DNA of 64,000 bases from Spongospora subterranea f. sp. subterranea. Taxonomy: Eukaryota. Both the position numbers and the translations under genes were made by a program. The stretch is taken from assembly GCA_049724395.1 (NCBI GenBank), contig JAUGWO010000042.1, positions 248,001 to 312,000 of the forward strand, read 5' to 3'. Positions 11,306-24,200 of the stretch are shown here, one piece after another. How positions within the stretch are numbered: the first letter of the stretch is position 1; every line of letters begins with the position of its first letter. Below the pieces are notes generated by a model that was not told the DNA's origin, ran no database searches, and was given only the letters and a program-made list of their open reading frames with translations.

Positions 11306-12116
11306 TTGATGATTGATACATACGCTGGGTTTCAGCAGCGGGAGCAGATGGTTAACGATTATTATGCAGTATTGGAAGACGTTTTTGTTACGACGCCTTA
11401 TCCAAGCCGCGCATTGCTCGAGCAAATAGCACTTGAATCGCAGATTAATATTCATGTAATTGCTTGTTATCGAATTCAAAAACTTCTTTGATTTTTTGAG
11501 CATGCTGTAACTTCATGATTGGTTTACTCATGAACGCTTTTTTGGAACTGTAGAAGATTCGGTGCTGGTTTAATAATCGCAGGGCAAAGGCCGCACGAAA
11601 ACACTTAGAAAAGACACAGCGCAAAGCAACCCTTGCTGGTGGGCACGATTTCCATGCGAAAATTAATCGTCCCGTAGGGCGTCATTGTTGCGTTGCCCGG
11701 CTGTATCTAATACTTAACAGACCTTGAAGAAAACATGGAACGATGAAGCAAGCGAAGAAGCTGGATCATGCTATACGCCGACGACTTCTCCAGCGTCGCT
11801 CAATGCGGTGGGAACCGCAGGAGCTTTCTGCAAAACCACTACGTGCGCAGGATCTCTAAAAACAGTCACGGCGCAGAACAAAGGAAGAGAAGATCGCAGA
11901 ATGTCCATGCCTGCGAAAATAGAGCGAATACCAACGAGAGCCAATCTCGACTTGGATCGGCACCGATATCGTACAGATGACAATATCACTCTCGGAGTCG
12001 ACTCCACAGCGGCAAGGCATGGAGAAGAATCTAGCCAACAAGCAAATGATCCTCTTTTAGAAGCAATATCTCGAGAGGCTACAATGCTTATTGCAAAAGT
12101 TAGCGATCGACCGTAA
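11306..12116 (+). CDS. Homeodomain transcription factor (spliced); true 5' end uncertain
   Basis: Splicing out 11456-11553 joins LEDVFVTTPYPSRALLEQIALESQINIH to KIRCWFNNRRAKAARK, giving homeodomain helices 1-3 with WFxNRR. A second intron (~11674-11720) joins in frame to ORF 11724..12116. Confidence 0.82.
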
Positions 12117-12339
12117 GACATGTCAGTCACCAAGACTGGTCACCATGTAAACAATATTTGCAATTTAGGGATAGCGCTTTCAGGACCCGCCATTGCATAG
12201 ATTTGTTGCGAACACTGGTAAAAAAGGCAGAGAGGTTTACTGCACGAGGGCATGAAAAGGTTAGTTTCGTCGATACATGCGTGAATATCTAAAATTCTTA
12301 GAAGAGTACTTGACGTTAGGGTTTATTTATTCTGATAGT

Positions 12340-13045
12340 TATTGCAAGGGCGTTTGCCTATGGCATCGCCGATCTTGACGATACTTATCATGAAAGGACA
12401 CGCTTCGCCGCACTTATTACCAACCGTATTCTAGTTGCGATCTTGAGACGAAATCCTGATACAACCCAACCAATTAGGCAAGGAAGTTTTTATCAAACCT
12501 TGTCATTTTTTTGCAAGAGAGTTTCCCAGTTCGTCAACATCTCCAGCCTATCTGCCATTCCGACCCTGTTTCTGAAACCATGGCCGTCACCTGATTCGGA
12601 TTTAGCTAAAATCTTACGTGGCAACAATCCTGGACAGTCAGCACATACACATCGAGAAGACAATGAAGTCGCGCAAGCTCGTCTGGACGTTCTTGTTGAA
12701 AGTTCTAGGCTCTTCGAAGCGTTGAATCTCGCCAAATACTATCTTGAAGACGGCGTGATACCTGGAGAAACGTCGCGTACATTTTTCTCACGATATATTC
12801 TCATACTGCTGAAAGAAAAGAGATTTGATGAAGCAGTGACGACTCTTTTAGACAACATCAAAATGTGCCAAGGGGGCACTGCCGCAGAATGGGCGCAAAA
12901 AATTGTTGAGAACGGTTCGCCGAGACATGCAGAGACTTTTTTGCAAATACTATCATCATCAAGACTCACTGGATGCAACACGCAGAACCGGCATGTTAAA
13001 CCATCTGGAGACAATATAACATTCAACAATAAAAAACATGGATAA
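12340..13045 (+). CDS. Hypothetical helical protein; 5' exon(s) not resolved
   Basis: 200-aa ORF 12443..13045 whose frame stays open upstream to a TAG acceptor near 12338. Amphipathic helical pattern; no family recognised. Confidence 0.45.
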
Positions 13046-13871
13046 ATATCGAGCATTTTTTCACCCAGCGGGTGTGAAGTCATTTTTGGGTATTCAGCAG
13101 GTCAGGGTACAAGAAAACCGATTCTCAACGCAAACATTAACGCGAGTTACCGAGGACTGGACCTAGATTCTTTTCAATCTGGTTCAGATTGTTAGGTATT
13201 TCAGAGATGTTTGAACTCTAGCACACTGTTGAAAGGTTCTTGTTAGGACGAAAGGCTGTGATGGTTTTGATGCCAGGTTATAGTCTATGGATGATTGATC
13301 AAGCGGCAAATCATGTCCATAAGATTTATCAAGAAGGTGTAAGATAATACGGCAAAACCATCGGCAGAACTGAGTTGTGAAGGCGTTGCAAATGTTGGCG
13401 ATTTGAGGTTTGCCTCAGTAGATTTACCGAATTTGATGCCCGTATCGAACTGCCAATACTACTGAAGAACCTATAGCTTAGGAAGAAAACACATTTACAA
13501 CTTTATAAGCCTGCTCTCCGAACGAACACTTCGTCAGTGGAACGTACGTCTTGGTTGATCGCTACCCCCTTTATCTCCAGATAAAATGAGTTTCCATCGT
13601 TCAGCGGTTCTGGCTTACCTACTCTGCCTGGTATTATGCTGAGGACGAACTCGTCGCGCCACGTTATATTGAAAACAGGTTCAACAGCGCGTGTGAGTAC
13701 AGACCTTCAGTGAAAACGTCACGACAATCGTGTAATGACGATCGCGCAGTTGTCCTGGTGTAGCATCTAGAGGCAGGTGCACTGCCTCCAGTACCTAATC
13801 CATCCGCCGCCGCTGTGCCTGCCGCTTCTCCACCTGCTATCGCTGCCGTTTATTCCTGCCGACGCGCATCC

Positions 13872-16800
13872 ATGAAACCTTACATCACTGAGAAAGATCA
13901 GGTCCAGCTCCAGATAGCAGGGCTTCTTCGCTTGTATTATTCAAACCAGAAAATACTCCTTTCGATTTTCGATCTGGTTCGTTCCACTCGGGTTGTTGTT
14001 CTGGAGCCGATTCATAAGTTAGCATGTGTGGGGATACCGGAAGCCATAAATGCCCTCACATCGTATGTTAGTATTCTTATCAACATCAATGCCAAATTTC
14101 ATCCTGATGATATCCGGCTCTGTCTGCGAAACGCCAATCCTGTAAATTTGCCCTCGTTGACTGGTTTTTTCCAGACCTTGGTCGACAAAGATTCTCCACG
14201 ATATTCCTTCCTGCCATCAGCAATGTACATGATATCGGATAGCTCATACCAATGGATCAGATGTAGATGGTCATCCCTAACTGCTCTTGAAGATATTTGT
14301 TTCGCCTCCGGAATTATTCAAACTGAAGATCGCCCTTCCATCATCCGAAGCCTGTGCGAATTTTTGATGGATCGTCATCTTTTTCCGAGCGGTCCGTTTC
14401 TGCCCTCAAATAGCGAAGAAACCACAAATAATGCCATCGTCTCCTCTCTGTCCACAATTCGAGGCCTCAGTGAGATGATGACGAACGATGACATTAACGA
14501 TGCCGACGTGTTCGAAGAGGAGATCAGCATTTTGATTTCATGTCTGTCAAGAGATAATCTAGAAGTTGCTCATAAATTTGATTCGCCGGGTCTGGGCGAT
14601 CGAGGTTCTCCCATTTGTGGTCCCCTGCAGGATATTTTCCTAACTCTGGTCAGACGACTTTGTCGTCAATGGCGATACAAGGACAACCAGCTTGCTGATC
14701 AGAGACTATTGATAATATTTCAGAAGCTGAAGGCGATGACAGTATATGTGGCGTCTGTCGAATTGGCGCTCTGCTCGATAACTCAATGCGTCATGACAAT
14801 TTCACTACAATCGTCATATGAAATACATGAATGGGCCATCACAGTTGATGAGGTCCGACAGCTGATAGATGCAGGATATTGTTATGTGGCTGCGTCACTG
14901 CCGAAGGGAATCGAACTCGTCAAGGATTACCTCAAAGGTCGATCTACAGTATTATCAGATACTATTTCTCGTTCCATCATTCTTAAGGCCAAGTGTGCTA
15001 AAGACGACATGCAGGTTCTACTATCCAACCCATTCGCGAGCCCGTCGTTACTCACTTTTCATTGCGCTATCACCAGTTTACCTTCATTCCTTCAGAATTT
15101 TTCGCCATCGTCGACAGTTGAACGTTATCGGATGTTGGTAACACGAGTGCTTCATTGGGCCCAGAACATCAGCGACGGCGATGTTTTAGCCGATGATTTA
15201 CAAGCAGGAGCCGCTGACAATCTGGTTCGCGATCTCGAAAGCCTGTCCGGATCTACCGATATGGATTCCTTACCCACGTCGTTAGCGATCGCGTTCCGTG
15301 CAGGAACATCTCGTCTGCGTTCTGCTTTACAAACTCGCGGTCTCCTTGATATGCTGCCTCAATCTTCAGTTGTTTCGTCGCTGAATCCGACTCCTTCATA
15401 TCTCCTTTCAGCAATGTTAATGACTTCAAAAGGGCCGATATCCATGGACGCGTTAAGCAAGGCATCCTTGGCGGCTGGGCAGAGTCTAGTCGAGACATTT
15501 TTGACCGATTTTCTCTCTGGCGATAGCTTCCGTCTTGCCGTCAATTTACCTGCTATCGTCTGGCGATCTGTCGCCATAGGCCTTGCAAATCGTGCTCCTC
15601 ATAATCCAGCTGCATTCGATATTTGGATTCAGTATTTTATGAGAATTGTGACAACCGGTGAAATCCCCTTGATTGGACTTTCATGTGATGATTGGTTTCA
15701 GGCGATTTCACATATATTCCATGGAGTACCTATTGTTGGTTTATGTCAAACCATCCACTCCCTATCTTTGACGCAACCTAATGTGTTTGCGATCATCGTT
15801 CATCTGCTGCCGCATGATACGGTTCTGCTTTCCCGTTCGGCACCGTCGTTTTCGAGAGCCTTATTGTTTGGCAATATCACCAATACTACGACGATTTTGC
15901 ACTGCGACCAGACGAATTATCGCCATAATTACGGCCGATTTATCACGACGCTGATCGATAACCAATGCGTCAACGTTTGTGATATGTTTAACTCAAAACT
16001 GACCGGTGGCGACCCATGTCATTCAATGATCTCTCTAATTTCTTGCTTGGAGTTCACCCTCATTTACTCCACAACTCGATATTCATCATTAATCGAACTC
16101 ATTCTGCCAGATCTGATGAATGTTCTTATGCTATCAACTCAGCGCCACACATTCCATAGTATTTCCCACGCTCTTTATGCTCTTGGTTCCCAAGAATCTA
16201 ATCATTGCTGCCGAGCTGCCATCGGTCTTTCAATGCCCGACATAGTCGCCCTTTTGTCGATATTGGTGATTATTCCTAGTCAATGTTCGGTTAACGCTCT
16301 TAAAACCGGGGCTGAATTTGATTCTAATTCATGTGGTCCACAGTGTACGATGGCTTCTATTCGTGCGGTGTTCTCATTTTTGCTGCAAAACTCGGCTGAT
16401 ATATTCGAAGCTCGTGAGATGATTGTTCAGATTTTAATCGGTTTCTGCCAGGTTTCTGCCTATGAGGGCCTCCTTCTTAATTTGATTGAACAGTTCCCAT
16501 TCTTGTCAGCCTACCTTCATCAATTAAGCCAGCTTGACTGGATTGCTCGATTTCGTTCATCAAGAAAAAACCGATCAGTATCGGATATTGGCGCATACGA
16601 TGCTTCATGCATATATCTACTGATTGAAGGTGATCCCTGTCGCGATTTCATAAACATTCTGCCAGAGCTGTGCCGTCGAAGGCCCGAGTTCGTGTCCCTA
16701 CTAGTGTCGGATTTGTTCGAGCATGCGGTCCAACGGTGCTGCCAGAGTGTTGACCCCGTTTGGTTGGCAATCCGGATATGTGCGCCCTATTCTCCTCAGT

Positions 16801-17210
16801 TGCCAGACTTGATCGGTGATGTTGTTCAAAGGGCGATCCAGAGCAATTGCCTGGAACAAATAGGTCAGTTACCCTCATTGATCGATACCATGTATTCGAT
16901 GGCAGTTTTATCAAGTCGGGCGCTTTCATCGCTCATGTCGTTAGCATTGATGGTGACGATTCCAATCCAAATACGACGTATCGCTTTGGAACTCATCACC
17001 GTATGTGTTAATGATGACCCAGAAATGATCAAGACGATGCTGATCGAGCACAAAAGCGTATTTTTTGATGATCCTGTCCTCTGCAATAATGCAATTCAGA
17101 TTGTTGCAGCGCTTCTTCGATCTCCTTATTCTAGGCAATCTTCAGAATCACTTCTGTCAGCCCTATCATCATCCACGTCGTCTTCACAGTTGATGCGTCT
17201 TTTTATTTGA
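13872..17210 (+). CDS. Large intronless hypothetical protein (~1,110 aa), Leu/Ile/Ser-rich, possibly an alpha-solenoid
   Basis: A 1131-codon uninterrupted ORF is too long for chance. First ATG at 13872 (MKPYITEKDQ). No motif recognised. Confidence 0.8.
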   Translation: MKPYITEKDQVQLQIAGLLRLYYSNQKILLSIFDLVRSTRVVVLEPIHKLACVGIPEAINALTSYVSILININAKFHPDDIRLCLRNANPVNLPSLTGFFQTLVDKDSPRYSFLPSAMYMISDSSYQWIRCRWSSLTALEDICFASGIIQTEDRPSIIRSLCEFLMDRHLFPSGPFLPSNSEETTNNAIVSSLSTIRGLSEMMTNDDINDADVFEEEISILISCLSRDNLEVAHKFDSPGLGDRGSPICGPLQDIFLTLVRRLCRQWRYKDNQLADQRLLIIFQKLKAMTVYVASVELALCSITQCVMTISLQSSYEIHEWAITVDEVRQLIDAGYCYVAASLPKGIELVKDYLKGRSTVLSDTISRSIILKAKCAKDDMQVLLSNPFASPSLLTFHCAITSLPSFLQNFSPSSTVERYRMLVTRVLHWAQNISDGDVLADDLQAGAADNLVRDLESLSGSTDMDSLPTSLAIAFRAGTSRLRSALQTRGLLDMLPQSSVVSSLNPTPSYLLSAMLMTSKGPISMDALSKASLAAGQSLVETFLTDFLSGDSFRLAVNLPAIVWRSVAIGLANRAPHNPAAFDIWIQYFMRIVTTGEIPLIGLSCDDWFQAISHIFHGVPIVGLCQTIHSLSLTQPNVFAIIVHLLPHDTVLLSRSAPSFSRALLFGNITNTTTILHCDQTNYRHNYGRFITTLIDNQCVNVCDMFNSKLTGGDPCHSMISLISCLEFTLIYSTTRYSSLIELILPDLMNVLMLSTQRHTFHSISHALYALGSQESNHCCRAAIGLSMPDIVALLSILVIIPSQCSVNALKTGAEFDSNSCGPQCTMASIRAVFSFLLQNSADIFEAREMIVQILIGFCQVSAYEGLLLNLIEQFPFLSAYLHQLSQLDWIARFRSSRKNRSVSDIGAYDASCIYLLIEGDPCRDFINILPELCRRRPEFVSLLVSDLFEHAVQRCCQSVDPVWLAIRICAPYSPQLPDLIGDVVQRAIQSNCLEQIGQLPSLIDTMYSMAVLSSRALSSLMSLALMVTIPIQIRRIALELITVCVNDDPEMIKTMLIEHKSVFFDDPVLCNNAIQIVAALLRSPYSRQSSESLLSALSSSTSSSQLMRLFI

Positions 17211-17761
17211 GATCTCTTACGAGTATTTTATTTATTTTCAGCAATTACGCGATGTATGATCTTTGCAAGGTCTCTTCTTCCATCATCAAGTCGGTTAATA
17301 AATATGCTCCACTTATTATTTAACTCGATCAAGAGCGACGGAATACTATACACATGGCACAACATTGAGTTAGCAATAAAATTTTAAAGCAAAAAACTTT
17401 CAAAGTTGCCGTGAATTAATCCCAACTCCTTTTTTGATGCCAGAAAAATAATCTCGCTGTGATGCTGTTCTGAATCTAAGTTCTTGAGGAAGTAATTTGC
17501 TGTTTTCTCGACATTGCTTGATCCAATCGAAACATTCCTGCAAGTCACTCACCCTGGTTGTCGATTCGGCGCCATTTTATTGTGTTCAGTTTAGTGCAGC
17601 CAACGCTACCACTGCGCCCCCGGACTGCTGATGCGAGTGCGGGAGGCGCCACTGTCATCAGCGGTTACTGTATGTCCGAATCGCAACCTTGCGCATTTCT
17701 CTAATCATCCTTCATCATCTACCTCAAAGAGATTGATTACGGCAATCAAATCGGGACTCCA

Positions 17762-20700
17762 ATGGAGGCCATCTCTATCACCGACCTTCTTGTTCACGCC
17801 AGCGCTCCAGGTTCGATTTAATGAAGCGTCTGTTAGTGTTCTCACGTATGGTTCGTTAGATGCGTCATTGAGAACGCCAGCCGAACAGGGGTTGTTGAAG
17901 CTGGAAGCAGAGAAATTCGTACGTAGCGATTCTCTTTTTTCTCATTTTCGCTCGGTAGATCTTATTCTATTTTTCAGCCGGTTTACGTCACTTCTCTGTG
18001 TACCGAACTTCGGGACCCACAGAAACCCCCTGTTTCCCGTCATCTTGCCGGTATTTTGCTGAAAAACTCCCTCGTCGCCAAGGACGATGCCAGACAGGCT
18101 ATATTGCACCAACGTTGGAACGGTCTTCAACATGAAGTGAGAATTCGGACCAATATTCAATTATCGAACTAATTGGTTCGTTGCAGGTTCGAGTTGCAAT
18201 CAAGCACGCCGTCTTAGCAACTCTCGCATCGCCGTTGAGAGAAGCTAGATCGACTGCCGCCATGGTCATTGCCAAAATTGCCGCTATAGAGTTGCCACAA
18301 GGGCTATGGCCGGACTTAATCGAACTTTTATTGCACAATATCAGTGCTGCTCCTAGTCCAGATTTGAAGCAGAGTACATTTGAAACTCTGGGATACGTTT
18401 GCGAAGAGGTAGTTTGCTTAATTTATGTTGTCCAACGGCTGTGTCTTAATTTTGACATCGTCATTTTTAGTGTCCTGATCAGTTGCAAGGCAGCTCAGGC
18501 GCTATTCTGAACGCTATATCCCAAGGAATGATGGATGCTGAGACAAATCAGAATGTTAAGCTAGCGGCAACCTCTGCTTTGGCAAATTCCTTGGAGTTTG
18601 CCAAGAACAACATGGTGTGTTTCCGCTAGGAATCATTTATTTTTTTTTTATACTTGAGCCTAGCTTGTTGATCGTGAGCGAGATTTGATTATGTCGATGA
18701 TTATGTCAGCTGCTGCTTCGCCAGAAATGAAAGTTCGGGTTGCTGCCTTCTTATGCTTAGTCAAAGTCGCATCGCTTTATTATGATCAAATTGACCCATA
18801 CATGAACTCAGTATGTCCATCATCTTATTGTCCACATCACTATGCCGATAATCTGTTTGTTTTAGATATTTCTGTTGACTCGAAATGCTATCACCAACGA
18901 TGCTGAAGAGGTGGCGCTTCAAGCTTTTGAGTTCTGGTCCAGTATCTGTGACGAAGAGATCTTGATTGGAGAGATTGTCGAAGAGGTTGTGATTATGCCG
19001 CCAGAAGTGGTCGTTAACTCTGACACGAATCTGTTTTAGTGTTTAGAAAAGAACAAGGCGCCTTATCGCGTTTGCCGTCATTTCGCCAAAGTGGTTCTGG
19101 CGCCGCTTGTTCCATTGATTGTTGAATGTCTGATGAAACAAGCCGAAGACGCAGATGAATTTTCTGATGATACCTGGAACGTAGCAACCGCAGCAGGTTC
19201 CAATTGCTTTTTTGTTACGAGTCTGCGTTTCTGATGCTTCTTTTTTAACAGGACTCTGTCTTTCTTTGCTGGCGCAAGCCGTTCGAGATGATATCGTTCC
19301 TCATATCCTTCCTTTTATAGAGCAGAACATTAGGTCCGAGAACTGGCACGCTCGAGAAGCTGCAACGTTAGCTTTTGGTTCAATCCTCGACGGTCCTTCC
19401 AAGCAACACCTTGGCCATCTTGTCTCTGTCGCTTTTGATGGTAACATTTTTTTTAAGCAGCATTCGCATCGAGTATAAACTTTATTGACTAGTCATCCTT
19501 GGGCATATGACGGATCCCTCTGTTCACGTTCGTGACACGGCTGCATGGACTGTTGGCCGTATATGTGATGTTTTGCCCGAGATTATCGACCAAGCGATGC
19601 TGAACAAATTAATGAACGCCTTTGTCGTTGGGCTGCGAGACCATCCTCCAATTGCTGGGCATATTTGCTGGGCAATTCATTGCCTTGCGGAAGCTATCGA
19701 ATCTAAGGAACAGCCAACTTCTGAACTCTCTAAGGTATTTCTTTGTCTGCGCTCCGTATTTGAGTTCATAGTGTTGTTTAGTATTTTGAAGGCCTAGTAT
19801 CTGCGTTACTTGAAGCTTCCGATCGACCTGATCTTCTAGATTCTCGATTGCTCTGCTCTGCATACGAGGCCATTAGTGTCTTAATATCTACTGCAGCCAA
19901 AGATTGCCTCAGAATCATAGAGCAGCTACTTCTCACATTGATGAATAGGTGAATCAACTTGCTCTCCGCTATCAGATGTTTATTAAGCTCTTTCGCAAAA
20001 AGACTGCAACTTGTCCTTGCAGGTCCTGTTGGCGACGACCGTGGTCGTGAAGTTCAAGGATTATTGTGTGGTGCCTTGCAAGTTATCATTGTCCGACTTA
20101 CGCCTGACACTGTTGTTCACCATGCTGATTCTCTCATGATGATGTTTCTTCGTGTCCTTCAAAGCAAGAGTGCCACTCTCAGTGAAGAAGTATCTCGTCA
20201 GAACATCCTTTTTCTTTGCTGATCTTTTGCAGGCATTCATGGCGATTGGTGCTATTGCCTCCTGCGTCAAGGGCGGTTTCATCAAGTACATGGACACCTT
20301 GAAACCCTTTCTCATCGATGGTCTCAAAAACACATTTGAGCCTCAGGTTTGTCCGCAACCGTTCCGTTTGTCTTGCTGCTTTTCATTCTTCCCAGGTTTG
20401 CCAAGTGTCTGTTGGTGTACTTGGTGATATTTGCCGAGCATTAGGATCCAACGTTGCACCGTATTGCGATGAGTTTGTCAATATTTTGTTAATTGATCTC
20501 TCTAATCCAAATTTGGATCGATCTGTTAATCCTCATATCATTGCGTGTTTTTGGTGATATTGCCCTTGCTTTGAAAGGTAACCGGGTATTCACGTTTGAA
20601 TTGTCTTTTTAAGTATCCTGAATTCAGGCGGGTTCGATCGTTACGTGGCTTTTGTTATGCGGATGTTAGTTGACGCATCACAGGCCAAGTTTGAGCAAGT

Positions 20701-21158
20701 AGACTTTGGTTCTATTGACTACCTTAATGCATTGCGGCTCAGTATATTGGACACGTATACAGGCATCATTGCAGGCTTAGCCGATGATAATAAGGTTCGT
20801 GTTTTTACTTCTTCTGATCGCCCGTTGACTTGCTTTGTCAGGCTGCTGAATTTCAGCCGTTTATTCCTCCTATTATCAACTTACTTACATTGATCGCAAA
20901 CGATCCTGACAGAGAAACTGGAGTATTGTCCTCGTCCATTGGTCTCATTGGTGATCTGATACAGAACCTTGGAGAGGCCATGAGGCCTTTCCTTGAGGCG
21001 CCTTGTGTCCATTCGCTTCTTCAACAAGGTAAATGCAACATAACTAGTACGGTCTGTTCTTTGCTTATACTTTTACAGGGCTTGGAGTCAACGACAAGAG
21101 TGTTGTTGACAGTGCGCGGTGGGCATCAGGATTGCTGCAGCAGCTAAGAGGGCGATAA
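17762..21158 (+). CDS. KPNB1: Importin beta-1 (karyopherin beta), multi-exon
   Basis: Exon peptides [109 protein letters not shown] at 17762, TAA at 21156-21158. One apparent +1 indel near 20550. Confidence 0.95.
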
Positions 21159-21198
21159 TCAATTTGCTGCTTACCTGTTTCTACGTTATAGTAACTCA

Positions 21199-21219
21199 CA
21201 TACATACATACATACATAC
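21199..21219. repeat. (CATA)n microsatellite between convergent genes
   Basis: CATACATACATACATACATAC seen directly. Confidence 0.85.
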
Positions 21220-21237
21220 ACCGATAATGACTACTTA

Positions 21238-24200
21238 CTAAACCCCAACTGATTATTTTTAATGCTTTAAGCAGGTTTATTTTGATGAAGAATTGTTTAC
21301 CACAGCGTTTCGGGTTAAGTGCCTTGGAATGCCTTTTCCATTCCGGATAATACCGACGCCAAAGTTGTCTAATCAACGACTCTTGATTAGTAATGGAAGA
21401 GGTGCTCTTTATGTTTCTTACGTCAAATTCAGAAGTGTCGAGATTTTCTAGGAAATCGGGCCGATCGACAGCGTCATTGTACTTGTCCAGATACATAGAC
21501 ATTACTTGATCCACCTGTCTTGTGACAGTGTAAATAAAGTGTGCATTATGCTTTGTATGTACAACGTTGTGCAAAGCGATTGCCAAAGACCCCTGTAGCC
21601 TTTCCAACTCGCTCCAATTTGTTGTTCCACTGCGTATTGTGAATGCATACGCTTTGACCATTTCTGCCAGTGTTATCTGGGGTGCTGATAAATGTCGACG
21701 CTCTTGAACAGTATCAATCGCTTTCGAAATGCATTTATACGTATCAAAATAGTATTCTCGTAAAATATGCATTTTGGCACAATTGACGATCGCGCATACC
21801 TGGTTTGAATATATCAGTACTGGATATAAACAATCTGTAACAACCAACGTTTTGCGGATCGATTAAGACTGCTCGTTGAAACCGAACCATTGCTCCTTCA
21901 ATATCTCCGACGTGGTGTTTTAAGAGCCCAGCAAGATTTATCAGACCAGAATACGATGGAGGCAAAACCTTTTTGCCAGAGACGATGTGTTCAAGATCGT
22001 TTGTCACGCCATTGTAGTCGCCTTGTTGTATAAGTAAAACGCATCGCCATTTGATTAAGAACGCGCACAAGTCGGCATTTGCAGCAACTGGAGCTGTATA
22101 GATGGTATCAAGAAGCAACTGGAGGACTCGGCTGGTTTGACGTTTTGCTTGGCAGTTTTTGGCCAAAACTATTGCATTCTTTATATTGGAATCGTCAACA
22201 ATACTTTCTAAAAGCATCGTTAAAGCTTGGTTTTCTGACGATGCCGTAATTGGAACTTGACTATGAAACAGATAGTTGAGTCAGTCAACACAGGCCGTTA
22301 AACTGATTACTCTGATACCTGGGATCCACCAAAGTGTCGTCGATGGGAATAGGAAAATTATTATCGATGTAGCAAATGGGAGGCAATTCCTGTAATCCAG
22401 CTAGCATATGAGCAGTTGCAACCTGTAAAACATACTGCCACGATGTGCAATAGCGATATAGGCGGTCAAGATATTGGGAATGTGTTTGGTGGCTGACCAG
22501 CCGAGCGACGTGAACATCGACAAGAGCTGACTTGAAATCCATAGATTGAGCATACCTAAACGTAGATCTTAAAATATGAATTCTTAAGTAGGACTCATTG
22601 ATTATATTTACGCTTTTAATCTATTTAAGCGAGCATGCACATGATCAGGATTGATCGCCAGTGCGTTACTGTAATCTGAGACAGCCTCATCGAGAATATC
22701 GAGGCTCTGATTGCAGACTCCTCGATTGTTTTTTCCGTCGGCAAGAGTAGAATTCCAGCTGAAGCAATCGGTTAAAATGCGAAAGCGCGTCCCTATAACT
22801 GCCCATCATCGTTAGCAGCGTCGCAATGTTGTATAACACGATCGGACAATGATCATTTAAATTGAGGGCGGTCCGCATCCATCTATTCGAAACTGGTATC
22901 AACGCATGATGGGATTGTGTTAAACTAAAATACCTCAATGCGTGCACCGAATTTCCTGACTTTTGCAGACAAACCGCAAAGTTATTTGCCGCGATTATAT
23001 TCGATGAATCTGCCGCGGACGCTTTGTCAAACATCGTAAAAGCCTCGTTCATCCTTCCTAAGCGACACTATTTCAAAGAGTCAGAATTTTAGTGAAATTA
23101 CATTGGGCCGAAATATACGAACAAGGATGAGCCCAGCATTCTGCATGCTGACACTGCGAATAGCGGGATGAATCGACGCCTTTTGGAAATGGGCCAGTGC
23201 TTCTCGAAGTTGCATAATCCTGTTTCTCTCCCTCGACATCGCACCTGACATGGACTGCTTCCTATTGAACGATGGTCGAACCTCGTCAACCGGCTTCAAA
23301 CTGTTGCTTTGGACTGCAATCGCAGCCTGTTCAGCAATCATCTTGCCCAATATGTTGTTGATTAACGCTATATCTTCACTACTTATCGCAAACGGATCGC
23401 ATTGGCTGATGGTTGTTGTTGGCAGTAAATGCCCTTGAAGATACTTCTTCAAAAACTTGCTAAATTGCCCGGCGCTATCTGCAACCATGCCTTTCTTTTG
23501 AAAACAGATTGCTTTCAGCAGTGATACTCGACACCCATACTGATCTAGTGTATCTGCTAGATTTAAATCCAGCATTCCATTTCCACGACTGGATTCACGG
23601 TCAATATGAAGTTCGATTATTGCCCCTCGGCCTGACAGGGCGTCCACATTCCCGGGTTCGTGCTCAATCACAGATGAGTAATCGCGAACGGCAGCTGGAT
23701 ATTTTCCCACTTGATATTCAGCAAAGGCTTTCGCCATTAGGCAAGGAACATTGTGAGGGGATATATGCAATACCTGAGCCAAAATTGTAAACTGTTGATC
23801 TCAGAACACGTTGAACTGATGAACCTCAATAAAATCGTCAATGGCCTCATTCCATTTTGACATGCTGTTGTATGCCTGTCCGCGAATCAACAGGCAACGC
23901 AGCTGATGAGGCTTCATCTTCAGGCTGTGATTCACGGCGTCAATACAATCCTGCCAGCGATTCAAATGCAATGCAGCGACGGCGATCAGAAAGCTTGAAT
24001 TGTAATCGCTGGGATCCAATGTCAGGCATTTCGTCATATCCTGATGTCAGCGTAAATCCACAGACATCTTTGCAATGAATATGGGTCAAACCAGACTTTA
24101 ATGGCGGCATCATAGTCTTGTGAATCAAGATAGCTCGTTCCCCGCAACCGATACCCGACAATCTGTAATGGGTTCAAGCGGATCAAAATGTTTGCTGCAT

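Noticed and set aside
13636..13685. CTGAGGA...GAAA resembling a hammerhead ribozyme core
   Set aside because: No stem II pairing between the two core segments, and no stems I or III.
13769..13790. GAGGCAG-GTGCA-CTGCCTC hairpin as a terminator or ncRNA
   Set aside because: A 7-bp stem is expected by chance in 64 kb; no U-tract and no tRNA or snRNA motifs.
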